Shown here: in pieces, positions 26,702 through 30,445 of the stretch
Numbering within the stretch: position 1 is the stretch's first letter
Layout of the letters: every line of letters begins with the position of its first letter
Virus record (IMG/VR): IMGVR_UViG_3300027753_000065
Span: 1 to 30,445 of that record
From: a virus
Lineage: Duplodnaviria; Caudoviricetes
Direction: 5' to 3' (one strand)
Length of the DNA stretch: 30,445 bases
Program-made: the position numbers and the translations under genes
Notes under the pieces: generated by a model
What the model saw: only the letters and a program-made list of their open reading frames with translations
Databases searched by the model: none
Told to the model about the DNA's origin: nothing

Positions 26702-26883
26702 ATATCATCACAGCAGTCAGGGAAATGCCCGAGACAGAGCGATACAGCAAGAAAACGCTGAACGTGCTCAAGCGCATCAAGGTCACCGAGACCGGAATGC
26801 CTGACCGTGAATGCTTCTGCTCCCAGCTGAGGCGCAAAATTTGGTACAAAGAATTCATCAACTGGTATGAAGGCAACGCTTGA
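26683..26883 (+). CDS. Hypothetical protein (66 aa, CFC motif)
   Basis: Start set at ATG 26683, overlapping the upstream gene end. Confidence 0.65.
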   Translation: MDREQIDIITAVREMPETERYSKKTLNVLKRIKVTETGMPDRECFCSQLRRKIWYKEFINWYEGNA

Positions 26884-27400
26884 CCGTTACATATCATCTC
26901 ACTACGAGGAGCTATACCGATACACCAGGTATTTCTGCTCCAAGTACAATCCGAAACTCACAATCGATACGGTCATCTCCAACGCATATCTGCACTGCAT
27001 CGAAATCAATGACAATACAGAGGATGTCGGGAAGGTCAAGAGCTATATACTGAACTCAATCAAGCGTCAGGTGATTTGGAAAAATGTCGACAGCTACAAA
27101 GATGAGCGAATCCTGGCATCAGAAATCGCAGTTCCTGACACTTTCGATGATGGGGAGGACCTGAACTACAAAATCGCAATCGAACAGCAATACCAGGGGT
27201 GGAAGTCATCGGTGGACATCTACCGAGATGGGCTGACAGACAACGTCAAGATTGCAGTGGCCAAGGCTTACTTCGATAAGAACTTCACAACAGCACGATC
27301 AATGGCCGAGTACTTCAACATCCCAGTGACATCAGCTCACTACCTAATCACAGAGATAAAAAACACACTAAAAACCATACACAATGAAGATAAAAGATGA
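26867..27400 (+). CDS. ECF-like RNA polymerase sigma factor
   Basis: 177 aa; region-2-like YEELYRYTRYF...DTVISNAYL...KSYILNSIKR and region-4-like HTH TARSMAEYFNIPVTSAHYLITEIKNTLK. Confidence 0.7.
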   Translation: MKATLDRYISSHYEELYRYTRYFCSKYNPKLTIDTVISNAYLHCIEINDNTEDVGKVKSYILNSIKRQVIWKNVDSYKDERILASEIAVPDTFDDGEDLNYKIAIEQQYQGWKSSVDIYRDGLTDNVKIAVAKAYFDKNFTTARSMAEYFNIPVTSAHYLITEIKNTLKTIHNEDKR

Positions 27401-27629
27401 ATACAAAGGCATGACCCTAATGAAAAACACCGCTCTCGGAAACATAACCGTGGTTGTTGACAATATAGATATGAATAAATATGACTACTATGTCAGCATA
27501 GGATTCGGATATCTATTTGAAAAGGAGACAATCCGATATGAAGGCATCGAGGCAGATGAGCAGACTGAAGCTCCGAAAGTAATTAAACCAAAAAAAAAAC
27601 GTAAACGAGCAAATGGCCCTATTGAGTAA
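27384..27629 (+). CDS. Hypothetical protein with basic tail
   Basis: 81 aa, overlapping both neighbours. Confidence 0.7.
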   Translation: MKIKDEYKGMTLMKNTALGNITVVVDNIDMNKYDYYVSIGFGYLFEKETIRYEGIEADEQTEAPKVIKPKKKRKRANGPIE

Positions 27630-27954
27630 ATACATGGCAGCATTCGCAGAGGATAGCTACTCCGATTATCCCGACAGCGTGAGAAACAACGCACGCAGAG
27701 GCATCGAACTCAACAAAGAGCTCGGCAACAAGTGCGCCACACAAGTCGGCAAGGTCAGAGGACAGCAGCTCGCAAATAAGGAGCCAATTTCAATCGACAC
27801 AATCAAAAGGATGTACTCATACCTATCCAGGGCAGAACCAACATTCGATGATGCAGCACCAGAAGATTGCGGATACGTTTCATTCCTTCTGTGGGGTGGC
27901 AAAACCGGACTTGATTGGGCAGAAAGTAAACTAAAAGGATTAAAAATTATATAA
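27613..27954 (+). CDS. Conserved phage protein (YPDSVRNNA...RMYSYLSR...LLWGG domain)
   Basis: Distinctive motif set; function unknown. Confidence 0.75.
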   Translation: MALLSKYMAAFAEDSYSDYPDSVRNNARRGIELNKELGNKCATQVGKVRGQQLANKEPISIDTIKRMYSYLSRAEPTFDDAAPEDCGYVSFLLWGGKTGLDWAESKLKGLKII

Positions 27955-28379
27955 TGGCTGGTAGACCAAGAAACTTCGAAACACCGGATGACCTTTATCA
28001 GCTTTTTGTTGAGTACAGAAAGTATGTTAAGGACAATCCACGATATTCATATGCCCTCTCAAATAAGACTGGGAAGGCTGAACCGATTCCACTGGAGCCT
28101 CCGTTAACAATTAGCGGATTCAGAGTGTTTTGTCATGATAAGGGTCTTGTTGTGAATGATTACTTCGCAAATACGGATGGGAGATATTCAGCATTTGCTA
28201 CAATCTGCACGCGCATAAGCGATGAAATCCGCAATGACCAGATTCAGGGCGGCATGGTTGGGCAGTTCAATGCATCCATCACTCAGCGACTGAATGGTCT
28301 GACTGAAAAAACTGACGTGACCTCTGGAGGGCAAACTATCTCCGAGGTGAAGGTGAATATAATTAAAGCTACTGAATAG
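27954..28379 (+). CDS. terS: Terminase small subunit (P22 gp3-like)
   Basis: MAGRPR.FETPDDL, PLTISGF and GQFNASITQRLNGL; upstream of TerL. Confidence 0.85.
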   Translation: MAGRPRNFETPDDLYQLFVEYRKYVKDNPRYSYALSNKTGKAEPIPLEPPLTISGFRVFCHDKGLVVNDYFANTDGRYSAFATICTRISDEIRNDQIQGGMVGQFNASITQRLNGLTEKTDVTSGGQTISEVKVNIIKATE

Positions 28380-28404
28380 TATTATTTACTATATTTGTAG
28401 AAAT

Positions 28405-28432
28405 GTCATATAAGGGAAAACTCTTGTATGGC
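28405..28432 (+). other. RNA hairpin between terS and terL
   Basis: GTCATATAAGGG-AAAA-CTCTTGTATGGC forms a 12-bp stem with three G-U pairs; preceded by TATATTTG at 28390-28397. Confidence 0.6.
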
Positions 28433-28456
28433 TTTCGTATTGCCTAAACTTTACCT

Positions 28457-29617
28457 ATGGCTGAAATCACAATCGACAGCACTGTCATCTTCGAGAAAAA
28501 CTTCACAGCCCTGGTTGACCCGAGCATCAGGTTCATCATCAATGAGGGTGGCAGCCGATCCAGCAAGACCTACTCGCTCTGCCAAATGATCGTGGTGTAC
28601 TGCTTGCAGAATCCTGGCAAGGTGGTCAGCATCGTTCGCAAGACCTTCCCAGCTCTCAGGGCAACGGTGATGCGTGACTTCTTTGAAATCATGAAGGAGA
28701 TGGAGATTTATGAGGTGAGCAGCCACAACAAGTCAGAGCACATCTACACCTTCCCGAATGGAAGCATCGTGGAGTTCTTCAGCGTGGATGATGAGCAGAA
28801 GATACGAGGGCGCAAGCGTGACCTTGGTTGGTGCAATGAAGCCAATGAGCTGTGGTTCGAAGATTTTCAGCAGCTGAACATGAGGACCGAGACAAAGCTC
28901 ATCTTCGACTACAACCCGAGTGAGAGTGCATCCTGGTTGTATGAGCTGCCGATGGATGAAAGCATCATCATCAAGTCAACCTACAAAGACAACCCATTCC
29001 TTCCCGAAAGCATCAAGCGTCAGATTGAGGACCTCAAGCGCACCGATGAGTCGCTGTATCAAATCTATGCGCTCGGTGAGAAAGCCATCAGCAAGAGCAA
29101 CATCTATTCGAACTGGTCATTCGTGAAGCATCGCCCAGCAAGGTTCGTGAACTTTGTGTATGGGCTCGACTTCGGATACAATCACCCGACTGCCCTCATC
29201 AGGGTCTACTATTGCGACAATGACATCTACATCGAGCCGGTCATATACGAGAGCTACCTGACAACCACCAACCTCATCGACAAGATTGGCAACCTCAACA
29301 TCGAGAAGCACGTCACCATCGTGGCTGACTACGCACGGCCCGAGATAATCGCTGAGATGAATAACGCTGGCTATGATGTGCGAAACGCCAACAAGGTGGT
29401 CAAGAAGGGCATCGACAACATCAAGACCTTTGGAGTGGTGTGCGAGGATGAGCCAAGACTCAAGAAAGAATACGAGAACTACAAGTGGAAAAAGGTGGGT
29501 GACCAAATCATGGATGAGCCCGTGAAGCTGTACGATGATGCCATGGATGCCATCCGCTACGCTGCCACGCACATACGCCAGGAGTACTATACGGATGACT
29601 CATATTTCGCCTTCTAA
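28457..29617 (+). CDS. terL: Terminase large subunit (PBSX/SPP1-like family)
   Basis: Walker A EGGSRSSKT, Walker B GWCNEANE, DYNP, GLDFG and DDAMDAIRYA. Confidence 0.95.
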   Translation: MAEITIDSTVIFEKNFTALVDPSIRFIINEGGSRSSKTYSLCQMIVVYCLQNPGKVVSIVRKTFPALRATVMRDFFEIMKEMEIYEVSSHNKSEHIYTFPNGSIVEFFSVDDEQKIRGRKRDLGWCNEANELWFEDFQQLNMRTETKLIFDYNPSESASWLYELPMDESIIIKSTYKDNPFLPESIKRQIEDLKRTDESLYQIYALGEKAISKSNIYSNWSFVKHRPARFVNFVYGLDFGYNHPTALIRVYYCDNDIYIEPVIYESYLTTTNLIDKIGNLNIEKHVTIVADYARPEIIAEMNNAGYDVRNANKVVKKGIDNIKTFGVVCEDEPRLKKEYENYKWKKVGDQIMDEPVKLYDDAMDAIRYAATHIRQEYYTDDSYFAF

Positions 29618-29644
29618 ACATTTGGCTGACAATTTGCAATATAA
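29617..29644 (+). promoter_or_regulatory. Putative late promoter, allele of 716..743
   Basis: AACA and TGCAATATAA are unchanged while the spacer differs (TTTGGCTGACAATT vs TTTGGCTCACTTTC). Confidence 0.7.
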
Positions 29645-29646
29645 GC

Positions 29647-30445
29647 ATGGCATTTAGAACACAGAAGATATCCCAGATGACTCCGAAGGGAGCCGACTTG
29701 GAAGCAACCGACCTCATCGAGGTATCCACGCTGGAGAGTGGAAGCTACGTCACACGATCAATCACGGGTCAAGAACTCATTGACGCTATTCCGTTACCGC
29801 CTTCAGGCTTAACAGTCGGCACTACCCCGATAGCTTCGGGTACTGCTGGTCGTGTATTGTTTGAGGGTACGGGCAACGTGCTTCAGGAAAGTGCAAACTT
29901 GTTTTGGGATAACACGAATGCAAGGTTAGGGATTGGTACGAGTACGCCTAGTGCTTCAGTTCATTCAGCGGGTTCGGTAAATGGTTCTTTTAGTTCTTTA
30001 TTTCAAAACACTTCAACGGGAATTCAAGGTAGCACTGGAATAAATGTAGCAAATAATTCAGCCACAATAGGTGGTGTATCAACTTATTCATCGGCTAATA
30101 ATACTGCATATCTTCGAAGTAATGTTGTTTTAGCTTCATATCCAACTGCGAGTAATGTATTACTTGCAACTAATTTTGACGTAGCAACGGGTGGAACTGG
30201 AAGCATTCAATTACTAACGGGTGGCTATGCTGGTAACCCTACCAAAATGATTGTGTTTGGAACTACGGGCAATGTACTAATTCAAAACGGAGGAACACAC
30301 ACCGATGCAGGCTTCCGTTTAGACGTCAATGGTACTGCGAGGGTGCAGGATAATTTTACTATTGCCAAAACAACGGCTTCAGCTTTGACTGTTAATTTAA
30401 CATCTTTAGTTGCACAAAATAATTTTCTAAATATCTTGAATGGTA
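29647..30445 (+). CDS. Tail fibre allele B, 3'-truncated by window edge
   Basis: Same N-terminus as 746..1981, open to the end of the window, with a different first module. Confidence 0.85.
   Translation, partial: MAFRTQKISQMTPKGADLEATDLIEVSTLESGSYVTRSITGQELIDAIPLPPSGLTVGTTPIASGTAGRVLFEGTGNVLQESANLFWDNTNARLGIGTSTPSASVHSAGSVNGSFSSLFQNTSTGIQGSTGINVANNSATIGGVSTYSSANNTAYLRSNVVLASYPTASNVLLATNFDVATGGTGSIQLLTGGYAGNPTKMIVFGTTGNVLIQNGGTHTDAGFRLDVNGTARVQDNFTIAKTTASALTVNLTSLVAQNNFLNILNG

Larger units (their letters stand above)
28902..30445. repeat. Right copy of imperfect terminal direct repeat (144 nt longer than left copy)
   Basis: The offset to the left copy changes from 28901 to 29045 across the tail-fibre variable module. 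Confidence 0.97.

Noticed and set aside
1-30445. Prophage/lysogeny module or stop-codon reassignment
   Set aside because: No integrase, clear CI repressor or host flanks were seen; genes tile densely under the standard code, with TAA, TGA and TAG all used as stops.

Overview
This window is an essentially complete small tailed dsDNA phage genome with a unit length of 28,901 bp (position 1 = position 28,902). The last ~1.5 kb (28902-30445) is a diverged second copy of positions 1-1400. The host is probably a Bacteroidota bacterium: there is a TTTG-N19-TAnnTTTG promoter, A-rich translation starts without Shine-Dalgarno sequences, a DUF3127-like SSB and a BT4734/VirE_N-type primase-helicase. Gene order is: TerL 3' part, tail fibre, tail proteins, tape-measure-like protein, two inverted paralogous genes, protease-scaffold, major capsid, major tail, portal, adaptor, lysis cassette, metallophosphoesterase, control region, small early genes, C5 methyltransferase, DnaA-domain-IV-like protein, repeats, primase-helicase, VRR-NUC, ERF, exonuclease, SSB, an ECF-like sigma factor, TerS and TerL. 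I saw no integrase, tRNA or CRISPR array. The main signals are: (i) an AACA-N13/14-TGCAATATAA motif 2-5 nt before the ATG of each structural block, plus a phage sigma factor, suggesting leaderless late transcription; (ii) two tail-fibre alleles differing by a swapped module; (iii) a short putative RNA with a UUCAUAA tRNA-Met-like loop that is complementary to early-gene start regions; (iv) small AT-rich genes bracketed by duplicated gene-boundary sequences; (v) a candidate origin with CGTCAC repeats. All product names come from motif recognition by eye, not from database searches.
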